NCBI GenBank assembly: GCA_963848295.1
Contig: CAWKDB010000010.1
Location: forward strand, 4,768,001 to 4,832,000
Source of the DNA: an uncultured delta proteobacterium
Lineage (GTDB): Bacteria > Myxococcota_A > Polyangia > Haliangiales > Haliangiaceae
Reading direction: 5' to 3'
DNA length: 64,000 nt
Shown: piece by piece, positions 9,799 through 19,503 of the stretch
How the letters are laid out: every line of letters starts with the position of its first letter
How positions within the stretch are numbered: position 1 is the first letter of the stretch
The notes under the pieces: model-generated
Seen by the model: only the letters and a program-made list of their open reading frames with translations
Told to the model about the DNA's origin: nothing
The model's database searches: none
Made by a program: the position numbers and the translations under genes

Positions 9799-10554
9799 AT
9801 GCGTGTCGAACAGGTCGTGCACGTCGAGCCCGCTCCGCCTGTTGCACTCGTACCGAGCCGAGGCAAACCGCACCAGCTGCGGCGCGTGTCGGCGTGCGCT
9901 TGTGCGGTTATTGCTCCGCTCTCGGTGTGCGTCGGCCTCGGCTCCATCGGGGTGGTCACCGCCGTGTTCGTCGCGTGCGGCCTGGTCGGCGGCTGTATCG
10001 GGATGTTGCGGTTTCGCTCGGTGCAGCGCTGCATCGACCACCAGGCCGCGCGCAGCGCCCGAGCGAGGCGCGAGGCCCGCCGGCAGCGCGCGATGGACCG
10101 CGCGAGTGGCGCGCGCCAGGAGCAATACGCCGCGTTATCCAAGCTCGTCGAAGACATCGAGCGATCCGATCCGCGCGAGGCACGGCGCTTCGAGCTCCAG
10201 GACTTGCTCGACTACTACGTGCGCCTCAGCGTGAATCACCAGCGCTGCGTGGAGTCCTTGCGCACGGTGGGCACGATGACGTTATCTCCGTCCCTCGACA
10301 TGAGCTCCGTGCGCGACCACGCACGAAGCCGGCGGTGTTCGGAGATCGCATCGCGTCGCGCTCGTCACCATCGCATGTGCACCGAGCAACTCGAGCACGC
10401 CGCCGAGGAGCTCGATGCGATCGACGAGCTCATCCGCCTGGTCGCGCAGCGCCTCACCTCCGCCAGGTTCGCGCTGTTCACCGACGGCACGATCGAGCGC
10501 AGGCTCGCCGAGATCGACGAGATCGATGCCGCGCTGGCGCAGCTGTCCGCGTGA
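9799..10554 (+). CDS. Hypothetical membrane-anchored coiled-coil protein
   Basis: N-terminal hydrophobic segment followed by a charged helical region; preceded by a sigma54 motif. Confidence 0.6.
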   Translation: MRVEQVVHVEPAPPVALVPSRGKPHQLRRVSACACAVIAPLSVCVGLGSIGVVTAVFVACGLVGGCIGMLRFRSVQRCIDHQAARSARARREARRQRAMDRASGARQEQYAALSKLVEDIERSDPREARRFELQDLLDYYVRLSVNHQRCVESLRTVGTMTLSPSLDMSSVRDHARSRRCSEIASRRARHHRMCTEQLEHAAEELDAIDELIRLVAQRLTSARFALFTDGTIERRLAEIDEIDAALAQLSA

Positions 10555-10570
10555 GCCATGATCGCGCGGG

Positions 10571-13063
10571 TCAGCGTAGCGGCGGGGTCCGCTCGCCACG
10601 CCGCAGCGCTCCGTTCCGAGACGCGGGTGGACCGAGCTCGCCGAACGGCAACGCGAGCGGGAGCCACGGCGAGCTCGGCGGGTAATCGTCGACCTGAATC
10701 GCGGCATCGCGAGCGGCGATGGCTTCGCGCAAGAGATCGCGCTCGTCGGGGGTGAGCACCCGGTGCGCGGCGGCCTCGTCGAGTAACTGCTCGGGCTCGC
10801 GATGACGAGGTAGCCGCCCGGCGCGCTGGGCATCGCGCAGCTTGGTGCGAAGCGGCGCGACCGCGACGGCGAGCTCGAGCGCATGTTCTAGCTGTCCGAG
10901 CCCGGGCTCGTCGGCCTCGGGCACGAAGATGTCGCTGGTCAGCCGTAGCCGCGCCGCAGTGCCGTCGAGCAACGTGCGGCCCGCCGCCGCCGTGACGCGA
11001 TCGCTCGGTGGCCGGAGGCGCGCGCCGAGCGGGAACATGCACACGCGCAGCACGGCGGCCGCGAAGCGATTCGGTAGATTCCGGATCACGCCGTCGAGCG
11101 CCTGTTGCGTTTGCCACAGCGCCTCGGTCGTCGCCCACTCGAACAACGCGTCGTCGTCGGGTTGGGCCGTGGCGACGTAGCGATTCACGGTCGCCGCCGC
11201 GATGTACAACCACGCGAGCGCGTCTGCCATCCGACCCGCGATGGCCTCCGCGCGCTTGAGCGATCCGCCGAGCGTGACCATCGCGACATCGGTCGTCAGC
11301 GCGAACGCCGCCGACAACCGGGCGAGCTTGCGGATCACCGACTTCGCTTCGCCCGCGACCGGAGCGTGCGCGAGCGCCCCGCCGGTGAGTGCGAGCACCC
11401 ACGACCGCGCGGCGTTCCGGATCATGAAGCTGGTGTGACCGGCCAGCGCGCGATCGAATGCGATCAGGTCGTGTGCCTCCGCCGCGCGCATCTCGGCGAG
11501 CGCCCACGGATGACAGCGGATCGCGCCCTGGCCGAACACGATCAGCGATCGGGTCAGGATGTTCGCCCCCTCCACCGTGATGCCGACCGGCGAGCCCTCG
11601 TAGATCGCGGCTAACGAGTTGTGCGGCCCCTTGCAGATGCCGACGCCGCCCGCGATATCCATCGCGTCGTTCGCGATGCGGCGCAGGGCTTCGGTCTCCC
11701 AGCACTTCGCGATCGCCGAGATCACACCGGGGTGCTCGCCGGCGTCGACCGCACCGGCGGTGACGACGCGTACCGCGTTCATCCAGTACATCGTGCCGGC
11801 GATCCGGCCGAGCGGTGCCGCGATGCCCTCGAACCGGCCGATCGGCAGCCCGAACTGTTCGCGAATGGTCGCGTATGCGCCGACGACGCGCGTCGCGAGC
11901 TGCGCGCTGCCGACCGCGTCGGCGGGAAGGCTGAGCGAACGCCCCGCGGACAGGCACTCCATCAGCATCTTCCAGCCGTGTCCGGCCATCTCGGGCCCGC
12001 CGATGATGTGGTCGAGGGGGACGAACACGTCGGTACCTCGCGTCGGGCCGTTCTGAAACGGCACCGACATCGGATCGTGACGATGGCCGATCCACACGCC
12101 GCGCGCGTGGACCGGGATCAGCGCACACGTGATGCCGACCTCGACGCTGTCGCCGATCAGGTGGTCAGGATCTCGCAGGCGAAACGCGAGGCCGAGCACG
12201 GTCGCGATCGGCGCGAGCGTGATGTAGCGCTTGTCCCAGGTCAGCCGAATGCCGATGACCTCGCGACCTTGCCAGGTGCCGGTGCAGACGATCCCGGTCG
12301 CGCGGATCCCGGCGGCATCCGAGCCCGCATGCGGCTCGGTGAGCGCAAAGCACGGCACCTCGTCGCCGACCGCGAGACGCGGGAGATAATGTCGCTTCTG
12401 CTCGTCGGTGCCGTAGCGCAGCAACAGCTCGGCCGGGCCAAGTGAGTTCGGCACCATGACGGTGACGCACGCGGCGGCGCTGCGCGACGCGAGCATCGCG
12501 ACGACGGAGCTGTGTGCGATCGCCGAGAACCCGAGCCCGCCGAAGTGACCCGGGATGATCATGCCCATGAAGCGCTCGCGCTTGATGAAGCTCCACACCG
12601 CGGGCGGAAGATCGCCGGCGGCGCGAACGGCGTGGTCGTCGATCATCCGGCACAGCTGGGCGCACGGACCTTCGAGAAATTCGGTCTCGCGCTCGGACAG
12701 CAGCGTCGGCGCGAACCGCACGATGCGGTCCCAGCGTGGCGCGCCCGAGAACAGCGCAGCGTCCCACCAGACCGTCCCGGCCTCGAGCGCGACCCGCTCG
12801 GTCTCGCTCATCGTGGGGAGCATCGGCGCCAACTTCGCGAATGCGGCGCGCGTGATCACGCGTCTGCGAACGATCGGGACACCGGTCGCGAGCCCGACCG
12901 CGGTCCACGCGACGAGCACGACGGCCAATCCCCAGCCGCCGCCGCGTGCCGCCCACGTCGCGAGGACGATCGCCGTCGCTGCGATCCACGCCCACCAGCT
13001 ACGGCCTACGTAGGCCAGCCCGATCGCGACGAGCAGCGCTACGACGATCGCCACCGCGATCAT
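10571..13063 (-). CDS. fadE: Acyl-CoA dehydrogenase, FadE type
   Basis: ALEAGTVWWD, VMVPNSLGPAELL, CFALTEP.AGSDA, KRYITLAP and ITVEGANILTR motifs; 830 aa. Confidence 0.95.
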   Translation of the reverse strand: MIAVAIVVALLVAIGLAYVGRSWWAWIAATAIVLATWAARGGGWGLAVVLVAWTAVGLATGVPIVRRRVITRAAFAKLAPMLPTMSETERVALEAGTVWWDAALFSGAPRWDRIVRFAPTLLSERETEFLEGPCAQLCRMIDDHAVRAAGDLPPAVWSFIKRERFMGMIIPGHFGGLGFSAIAHSSVVAMLASRSAAACVTVMVPNSLGPAELLLRYGTDEQKRHYLPRLAVGDEVPCFALTEPHAGSDAAGIRATGIVCTGTWQGREVIGIRLTWDKRYITLAPIATVLGLAFRLRDPDHLIGDSVEVGITCALIPVHARGVWIGHRHDPMSVPFQNGPTRGTDVFVPLDHIIGGPEMAGHGWKMLMECLSAGRSLSLPADAVGSAQLATRVVGAYATIREQFGLPIGRFEGIAAPLGRIAGTMYWMNAVRVVTAGAVDAGEHPGVISAIAKCWETEALRRIANDAMDIAGGVGICKGPHNSLAAIYEGSPVGITVEGANILTRSLIVFGQGAIRCHPWALAEMRAAEAHDLIAFDRALAGHTSFMIRNAARSWVLALTGGALAHAPVAGEAKSVIRKLARLSAAFALTTDVAMVTLGGSLKRAEAIAGRMADALAWLYIAAATVNRYVATAQPDDDALFEWATTEALWQTQQALDGVIRNLPNRFAAAVLRVCMFPLGARLRPPSDRVTAAAGRTLLDGTAARLRLTSDIFVPEADEPGLGQLEHALELAVAVAPLRTKLRDAQRAGRLPRHREPEQLLDEAAAHRVLTPDERDLLREAIAARDAAIQVDDYPPSSPWLPLALPFGELGPPASRNGALRRGERTPPLR

Positions 13064-15018
13064 GCGGCGTGTCCCAGCCGGCCGCGCATCACCGAGATGA
13101 GCCCGCCGGCGAGCACCATCTCGACCTCGCGCGGCGAGAGATCGTGCGCGACGCGAAGCGAGCTCGACCGCGTCTGATTGCGGACCTCGAACGGCTGCGC
13201 TTCGCGCAGAGCGCGGTGGAGCGCGGTGAGCTCGATCGTGTCTCCGAGATGGATCTGCTCGCGATCGGCGGCGGTCGCGAACGTCAACGGCACGACGCCG
13301 AAGTGGATCAGGTTGTCGCGGTGAATCCGCGCGAACTGCACCGCGATCACCACGCGCAAGCCGAGGTAGCGCGGTGCGAGCGCGGCGTGCTCGCGACTCG
13401 AGCCCTGACCGTAGTTGCGGCCGGCGATGATCACGTGCCCGCTCGCCTGCGCTTCGAGCGCTCGCGTCGGATACGTGTGATCGAGCGGCTCGAACGCGAA
13501 GCGGCTGATCTGTTCGATGTTGCTGCGGAACGGCAGCACGCGCGTGCCCGCCGGTAAGATCTCGTCGGTCGAGATGTCGTCGCCGAGCTCGAGCAGCACG
13601 GGCAGGACGAGCACGTCGGCGAGCGGCTCGAACGTCGGCAGCGCGCGGATGTTCGGACCCTTGTCGAGCGGGATGCGGCGCGCCGACTCGGCCGACATCG
13701 GCGGGACGAGCATCGCCAGGTCGAGCCGTGGCCGATCCGGATCGCGCACGTGCGGATAGCTCATGCCGAGCGTTCGCGGGTCGGTGATCACGCCGGTCAG
13801 CGCCGACGCGGCCGCGGTCTCCGGGCTGACGAGATAGACTTGGTCCTCGCGCGTCCCGGACCGGCCCGGGAAGTTTCGCGGCACGGTCCGCAAGCTGATC
13901 CGATCGGTCGCGGGTGCCTGGCCCATGCCGATGCAGCCGTTGCAGCCGGCTTGGTGGAGCCGCGCGCCGGCACGGAGCAGCGCGCTGGCGTGGCCACCGG
14001 CGACCAGCGTCTCGAGGATCTGACGCGACGTCGGGTTGATGTCGAACGACACGCGATCGTGGATGTGGCGGCGCTTCACGATCTCGGCGGCGATCGCGAA
14101 GTCGCGATAACCGGGGTTCGCGGACGAGCCGATATACGCCTGATAGATCTCGCGCCCAGCGACCTCGCGCACCGGCACCACGTTGCCCGGGCTCGACGGC
14201 AGCGCGATCATCGGCACGAGCGCGGACAGATCGATCGTCTCGGTGACGTCATAGGCCGCGTCGTCATCGGCGACGAGCTCGGTGAAGTCGGCCTCGCGAT
14301 CTTGCGCACGCAGGAACCGCCGCACCTCGTCGTCCGCGGGGAACACCGAGGTCGTCGCTCCGAGCTCGGCCCCCATGTTCGCGATCACGTGGCGGTCCAT
14401 CGCCGACAAGCAGCGCAGCCCCGGGCCGTGATACTCGATGATGCGGCCGAGCCCGCCACGCACACCGTGGCGGCGCAACATCTCGAGGATGACGTCCTTG
14501 GCGCTGACCCAATCCGGCAGCGCACCTTCGAGCCGAACGCCCCAGATCTTCGGCATCCGGATATGGAACGGCTCTCCGGCCATCGCGAGCGCGACCTCGA
14601 GCCCACCCGCACCGATCGCGAGCATACCGAGCGCGCCCGCTGCACACGTGTGGCTATCGGAGCCGAGCATCGTCTTGCCCGGCTTGGCGAACCGCTCCAT
14701 GTGCAGCGGGTGGCTGACGCCATTGCCCGGTGGGCTGTACCAGACTCCGAATCGGCGACACGCGCTGCGCAAGAACAGATGATCGTCGGCGTTCTTGAAG
14801 TCGGCCTGGAGCAAGTTGTGATCGACGTACTGCGCCGAGACCTCGGTGCGTACGCGGTCGAGCCCCATCGCCTCGAGCTCGAGCATCACGAGCGTCCCGG
14901 TCGCGTCCTGCGTCAACGTCTGATCGATCCGGATCGCGATCTCGCCGCCGCGATCCTCCCCGCCTGCTACGAGATGCGACTCGATCAGCTTGATCGCCAC
15001 GCTCTTCGGGTGGGCCAT
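13060..15018 (-). CDS. Aconitate hydratase (short ~650-aa type)
   Basis: DQTLTQDATG, GSDSHT, GCNGCIGMG, RNFPGR, DDISTD and NYGQGSSRE motifs. Confidence 0.93.
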   Translation of the reverse strand: MAHPKSVAIKLIESHLVAGGEDRGGEIAIRIDQTLTQDATGTLVMLELEAMGLDRVRTEVSAQYVDHNLLQADFKNADDHLFLRSACRRFGVWYSPPGNGVSHPLHMERFAKPGKTMLGSDSHTCAAGALGMLAIGAGGLEVALAMAGEPFHIRMPKIWGVRLEGALPDWVSAKDVILEMLRRHGVRGGLGRIIEYHGPGLRCLSAMDRHVIANMGAELGATTSVFPADDEVRRFLRAQDREADFTELVADDDAAYDVTETIDLSALVPMIALPSSPGNVVPVREVAGREIYQAYIGSSANPGYRDFAIAAEIVKRRHIHDRVSFDINPTSRQILETLVAGGHASALLRAGARLHQAGCNGCIGMGQAPATDRISLRTVPRNFPGRSGTREDQVYLVSPETAAASALTGVITDPRTLGMSYPHVRDPDRPRLDLAMLVPPMSAESARRIPLDKGPNIRALPTFEPLADVLVLPVLLELGDDISTDEILPAGTRVLPFRSNIEQISRFAFEPLDHTYPTRALEAQASGHVIIAGRNYGQGSSREHAALAPRYLGLRVVIAVQFARIHRDNLIHFGVVPLTFATAADREQIHLGDTIELTALHRALREAQPFEVRNQTRSSSLRVAHDLSPREVEMVLAGGLISVMRGRLGHAA

Positions 15019-15031
15019 GAGTTACGTCGGC

Positions 15032-15047
15032 TGCATCCGACGTGCCC
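15032..15047 (-). promoter_or_regulatory. Putative sigma54 promoter for the aconitase-fadE operon
   Basis: Minus strand reads GGGCACGTCGGATGCA (GG-N10-GC), ending 13 nt before the ATG. Confidence 0.55.
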
Positions 15048-15171
15048 GCAGGCCGCGCTCACCGGATCCTCGTCGGACGGCGGGAGCGTGCGCGTCGGCC
15101 CGTCGGCGCGCTCGTTGTGACGTCCGCGACCGCTCACAAGCGCTACAGCCTCGTTTGCACACGATTCGCGC

Positions 15172-15187
15172 TGGCACACAGATCGCT
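15172..15187 (+). promoter_or_regulatory. Putative sigma54 promoter for the Hsp20 gene
   Basis: TGGCACACAGATCGCT fits GG-N10-GC. Confidence 0.5.
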
Positions 15188-15311
15188 TTGCGGTTGCGAT
15201 GCAATGGCGACTATCGAACCGACCAGTGAACCAAAGAAGGCGACAGGGCTGATCCGCGGACTGCGTGATCGATGGCGGTCGAAGCGCACTCAACGAAAAG
15301 GAGATCGTGTC

Positions 15312-15782
15312 ATGGCAAATGAAATCGTGAAGCGCGGCGAGTATCCGATGACCGAATGGGATCCGTTCCGCATGATGCGCGAGATGATGCGCTGGGATCC
15401 GTTTCGCGGCGCGATGGCGATGCCGCAGCTCGACCGCGACGTCTGGATGCCGCACTTCGACGTGCGCGAGACCGACAACTCGATCCGGATCCTCGCGGAC
15501 GTTCCCGGCGTCAAGCGCGAGGACCTCGACATCAGCCTCAGCGGGAATCGCCTGATCGTGTCGGGCAAGCGCGAGGCCGAGCAGCGCAACAAGGATGACA
15601 ACGTCCACACCTGGGAACGGCAGTACGGCCAGTTCACGCGCACGTTCACGCTGCCCGAGAACGTCGATCTCGAGCACGTGACGAGCGGTCTGCAAGAGGG
15701 CGTGCTGACGATCGTGGCACCGCTCTCCGCTGCTTCGAAGGCGCGCAAGATCCTGATCGGCGGAGCGCAGTCGAAGTCGTAG
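15312..15782 (+). CDS. Hsp20/alpha-crystallin small heat shock protein
   Basis: RBS AAAGGAGA; WDPF repeats; DVRET, ADVPGV, ERQYGQFTRTFTLP and GVLTI motifs. Confidence 0.95.
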   Translation: MANEIVKRGEYPMTEWDPFRMMREMMRWDPFRGAMAMPQLDRDVWMPHFDVRETDNSIRILADVPGVKREDLDISLSGNRLIVSGKREAEQRNKDDNVHTWERQYGQFTRTFTLPENVDLEHVTSGLQEGVLTIVAPLSAASKARKILIGGAQSKS

Positions 15783-15802
15783 ACCGTCTGCGAGATCGCC
15801 CG

Positions 15803-15830
15803 AAAACGAAAAGGCCGCCAAACAGCGGCC
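15803..15830 (-). terminator. Rho-independent terminator downstream of tRNA-Leu
   Basis: Minus strand GGCCGC-TGTTTG-GCGGCC followed by TTTTCGTTTT. Confidence 0.7.
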
Positions 15831-15837
15831 CAGTTCG

Positions 15838-15919
15838 TGCGAACGGGGGGACTCGAACCCCCACGATTTTACTCACTAGCACCTCAAGCTAGCGCGTCTA
15901 CCAATTCCGCCACGTTCGC
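15838..15919 (-). tRNA. tRNA-Leu (anticodon GAG)
   Basis: Minus strand GCGAACGTGGCGGAATTGGTAGACGCGCTAGCTT-GAG-GTGCTAGTGAGTAAAATCGTGGGGGTTCGAGTCCCCCCGTTCGCA; long variable arm; CCA not encoded. Confidence 0.97.
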
Positions 15920-16273
15920 AAGCTCGGCGTCCCGAGGGGCTACGTAAGTAGCGCTTCGCGCGGTGCGGAGTCAATTGAGCCGGATCGATCAACAACGCGG
16001 CCGGCGAGGCAGCGACGCGTCGATCTTCGGCGACCGTCCCGGCGCGGTAATCGAGGCGCTTTGCCCCGACCTGTCGGCGCGCTGTACAACGTCGGTTCAG
16101 CGGCGCGCTGGTCGAACCGGCAAAAACCTGACGACCTGTGTTCAGAGTCGTCGTTAAAAACTCAACACGGCGATCTCACACCCGTTATTTGAGTAGGGAG
16201 AGGCTTTGGTCCGGGCGCACCGGTTCTTGCTTCTGTCACCCAATTGTCCTACTCCACAGCCGAGGTAGCCTGC

Positions 16274-17335
16274 ATGTCCCGCTCTCTTAAGGGTGCTCTG
16301 ATCGGATTCGGATTCATCGCCGAGAAAGGCCACGTCCCGGCTTACCTCGCCGCGCCCGAGGCATTCGAGATCGTTGCAGTTGCCGAGATCTGCTCCGCGC
16401 GCCGCGCGAAGGCTCGCGAGGTCTTGCCGAAAGCTCGGATCTACCCGGATACCAAAACGCTGCTCTCCGCCGAGGCCAAGAACCTCGACTTCGTGGACGT
16501 CGCGACACCGCCTTGCGACCACGCCGCCATCGCTCATGCGGCGTTCGAGCACGGTCTGCACGTGTTCTGCGAGAAGCCGATCGCGACCAGCGGCGCCGAT
16601 GCAAAGTCGTTGCTCGATCACGCCTCCGCGGTCAAGCGCGTGTTCTTCCCGTCGCACAATTACAAGCACGCGCCGGTGATCAAGGCGATCCGCGGCGTGC
16701 TCGAGTCGGGTGAGCTCGGCGCGATCCATCTGGTCACGCTGGACACGTTCCGCACGACCCACGCCAAGGGAGTCGGCGAGTGGCAGCCGGACTGGCGCCG
16801 TCACCGCACGACGTCGGGCGGCGGCATCGCGATGGACCACGGCAGCCATACGTTCTATCTCGCATTCGATTGGCTCGCCGCGCAGCCCACCGCGATCACC
16901 GCGAAGATGTCGAACCTGTCGGCGTTCGATACCGAAGACAACTTCGCCTGCACGGTCACGTTCCCGACCGGCATCGCGGTCGCTCAGTTGACGTGGAACT
17001 CGGGCTTCCGCAAGGTCATCTACACGATCCACGGCGCGAACGGCGCCATCAAGGTCGAGGACGACGATCTCGAGATTCACCGCAAGCGTCCGGGCGGCAA
17101 GGTCGAGGTCGAGAAGCGCTCGCTGTCGTCGAACTGGATGGACGCCGCGCACGCCGAATGGTTCAAGGCTCTGCAGGTCGAATTCGCGGCGGCGATCCAT
17201 ACCAAGACGTTCGTGGGTCGCGAAGCGCGCGACGCGGCGATGTGCGTGCAGCTGATCGAGACGGCGTACGCCTCGGCCCGCGCCGACGGTCGCCAGCTCG
17301 AGCTCGGCCCGTCGCGCACCGCGAAGGCCGGCTGA
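16274..17335 (+). CDS. Gfo/Idh/MocA family NAD(P)-dependent oxidoreductase
   Basis: LIGFGFIA Rossmann motif, VATPPCDH, HVFCEKP and GGGIAMDHGSH. Confidence 0.93.
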   Translation: MSRSLKGALIGFGFIAEKGHVPAYLAAPEAFEIVAVAEICSARRAKAREVLPKARIYPDTKTLLSAEAKNLDFVDVATPPCDHAAIAHAAFEHGLHVFCEKPIATSGADAKSLLDHASAVKRVFFPSHNYKHAPVIKAIRGVLESGELGAIHLVTLDTFRTTHAKGVGEWQPDWRRHRTTSGGGIAMDHGSHTFYLAFDWLAAQPTAITAKMSNLSAFDTEDNFACTVTFPTGIAVAQLTWNSGFRKVIYTIHGANGAIKVEDDDLEIHRKRPGGKVEVEKRSLSSNWMDAAHAEWFKALQVEFAAAIHTKTFVGREARDAAMCVQLIETAYASARADGRQLELGPSRTAKAG

Positions 17336-17356
17336 AGAAGATCGGGTCGCTGGCCC

Positions 17357-18109
17357 GTGCAGGACATCTACTTCTCGTACTTCATGGGCTCCCTGCTCGT
17401 GACGGTCGTGGTGTTGTACGGGATCCGGCTGGTGTCGCGTGGCGCCGCGCACAGCGACCGGGTCGGGCAGATCGGCGGCACCGCGCTGGTCGGCCAAGGC
17501 GCGATGGAGACGACCTACTGGGTGCTCGATCCGTTCGTGCGCGGGCTCGTGGCGATCGGCGCCACGCCGAACATGGTCACCTGGAGCGCGCTGGTTTTCG
17601 GGCTCGGCGCTGGTGTCGCGGTCGGGTTCGGTTGGTTTGGCCTGTGCTGCGTGCTCGCGACCGCGTCGACGTTCCTCGACATCCTCGACGGACAGGTCGC
17701 GCGGATGACGAAGAAGAGCTCGAATAGCGGCGAGTTGCTCGACGCGGCGATCGATCGCTATACCGAGTTCGCGATGCTCGCCGGCCTGATCGTGTTCCTG
17801 CGCGACTCGGTGCTACTGATGGGCCTCGCGCTGCTCGCGCTGCTCGCGTGCTTCATGGTCAGCTACGCGAGCGCGAAGGCCGAAGCGCTGCACGTCTCGC
17901 CGCCGCGCGGGTTGATGCGCCGCCACGAGCGCGCGACTTATATCATCACCGCCGCCGGGTTCACGCCGCTCGTCGGGCCATGGTTTCATGCGCAGTGGAG
18001 CGCGCTGCCTTGGTACAGTCTGGAGCTGGTCGCGCTCGGGGTGGTCGCGATGGTCGGCAACTTCGCGGCGATCCAGCGCTTCGTCCGAATCGCGCGCGCG
18101 TTGAGGTAA
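17357..18109 (+). CDS. CDP-alcohol phosphatidyltransferase (PgsA/PIP-synthase-like)
   Basis: TPNMVT; signature DILDGQVAR...GELLD...DR; MVSYASAKAE; GLMRRHER. Confidence 0.92.
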   Translation: MQDIYFSYFMGSLLVTVVVLYGIRLVSRGAAHSDRVGQIGGTALVGQGAMETTYWVLDPFVRGLVAIGATPNMVTWSALVFGLGAGVAVGFGWFGLCCVLATASTFLDILDGQVARMTKKSSNSGELLDAAIDRYTEFAMLAGLIVFLRDSVLLMGLALLALLACFMVSYASAKAEALHVSPPRGLMRRHERATYIITAAGFTPLVGPWFHAQWSALPWYSLELVALGVVAMVGNFAAIQRFVRIARALR

Positions 18110-18122
18110 AACCGCGCCTTCC

Positions 18123-19484
18123 ATGCCGCAGCCCGCAAACCAGAACCGCTCGCTCAAGACCGCGATCCCGGGCCCGACCAGCGCCGCGTTGCGCGCGCGA
18201 GAGGACGTTCACATCGCGCCGGGCGCGCAAGGTTACGCGTTGATGGCTGGAGTGGTCGTCGATAGCGCGCAGGGCACGACCGTCACCGACGTCGACGGCA
18301 ACACGTTCCTCGATTTCATCGGCGGCATCGCGGTCGGCGCACTCGGCCACTCGCATCCGACCTGGGTCGACGCGATCCAGAAGCAGGCCGCGCGTGCGGC
18401 GGTCGGTTCGTTGACGAGTGAAGCGCGGGTCGAGCTGTTCGAGCGATTCGCGAAGCACGCGCCGGCGAACGGCGTGCACCGGCTGCAGATGTACTCGGGC
18501 GGCGCCGAGGCGGTCGAGAGCGCGCTGCGCTTGGCGAAGTCGCACACCGGCAAGTACGAGTTCATCAGCTGCTGGGGCGGCTTTCACGGCAAGACGATGG
18601 GCGCGCTCGCGCTGATGGGCTCCACATTCAAGGACAAGCTCGGGCCCATGGTACCGGGCAGCCATCAAGTGCCCTACGCGGATTGCTATCGCTGTCCGCT
18701 CGGCCAGTCGTATCCATCGTGCGGCATCGCGTGCGCGGAGGTCGCGCGCAAGTACGTCAAGGTCGCAACCGCGGGCGCGGTCGCCGGCATGATCGTCGAG
18801 CCGATGCAAGGTACCGCCGGCAACATCGTCCCCCCGAAGGAATTCTTGCCGGCGATGAAGTCGATCGCCGATGAAGCGGGCGCGTTGTTCATCGCCGACG
18901 AGATGATCACCGGCCTCGGCCGCACCGGCAAATGGTGGGGTACGGACCACACCGGCGTGATCCCGCACATCGTGACGATCGGCAAGGCGGTCGGCGGCGG
19001 CTTCCCGCTGTCGGCGCTCGCCACGACCGACGAGATCAGCAAGGCCAAGCCGTGGTCGAACGCATCCGGTTCGTCGTCGAGCTACGGCGGCAATCCGCTC
19101 GCGGCCGCGGCCGGCGCGGCGTCGCTCAGGATCATCGAAGAAGAGCACCTGGTCGACAACTCGCGCGACGTCGGCGCCGCGATGCTGAAGGAGCTCGAGA
19201 CCTGGGTCGATCGCTATCCATTCGTCGGCTGCGCGCGCGGCTCCGGCATGTTCATGGCGCTCGAGCTGGTGAGCGACAAGCAGAGCAAGGCCGAGCTGCC
19301 GCGCAAAGTGACCGAGCGGATCTTCCTGGAGTGCGTCAAGCGCGGCCTGTTGACGATGAGCTACTCCGCGCACTTCCGCATCCAACCGCCGCTGACCACC
19401 GACGAGGCGACCGCGATGAACGGCCTCGCGATCCTGAGAGAAGTGTTCGATCTCGTCGCACGCGAAGGCTGGTGGTCGGCCTAG
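18123..19484 (+). CDS. Class III PLP-dependent aminotransferase
   Basis: DVDGNTFLDF, SGGAEAVE, GFHGKT, IVEPMQG, FIADEMITGLGRTG and TIGKAVGGG motifs. Confidence 0.93.
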   Translation: MPQPANQNRSLKTAIPGPTSAALRAREDVHIAPGAQGYALMAGVVVDSAQGTTVTDVDGNTFLDFIGGIAVGALGHSHPTWVDAIQKQAARAAVGSLTSEARVELFERFAKHAPANGVHRLQMYSGGAEAVESALRLAKSHTGKYEFISCWGGFHGKTMGALALMGSTFKDKLGPMVPGSHQVPYADCYRCPLGQSYPSCGIACAEVARKYVKVATAGAVAGMIVEPMQGTAGNIVPPKEFLPAMKSIADEAGALFIADEMITGLGRTGKWWGTDHTGVIPHIVTIGKAVGGGFPLSALATTDEISKAKPWSNASGSSSSYGGNPLAAAAGAASLRIIEEEHLVDNSRDVGAAMLKELETWVDRYPFVGCARGSGMFMALELVSDKQSKAELPRKVTERIFLECVKRGLLTMSYSAHFRIQPPLTTDEATAMNGLAILREVFDLVAREGWWSA

Positions 19485-19503
19485 CTGCGAGGCCACACCT
19501 TTG

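Noticed and set aside
4890..15919. Genomic island integrated at the tRNA-Leu 3' end
   Set aside because: No integrase and no duplicated tRNA 3' end (att site) found by eye; the tRNA terminator is intact
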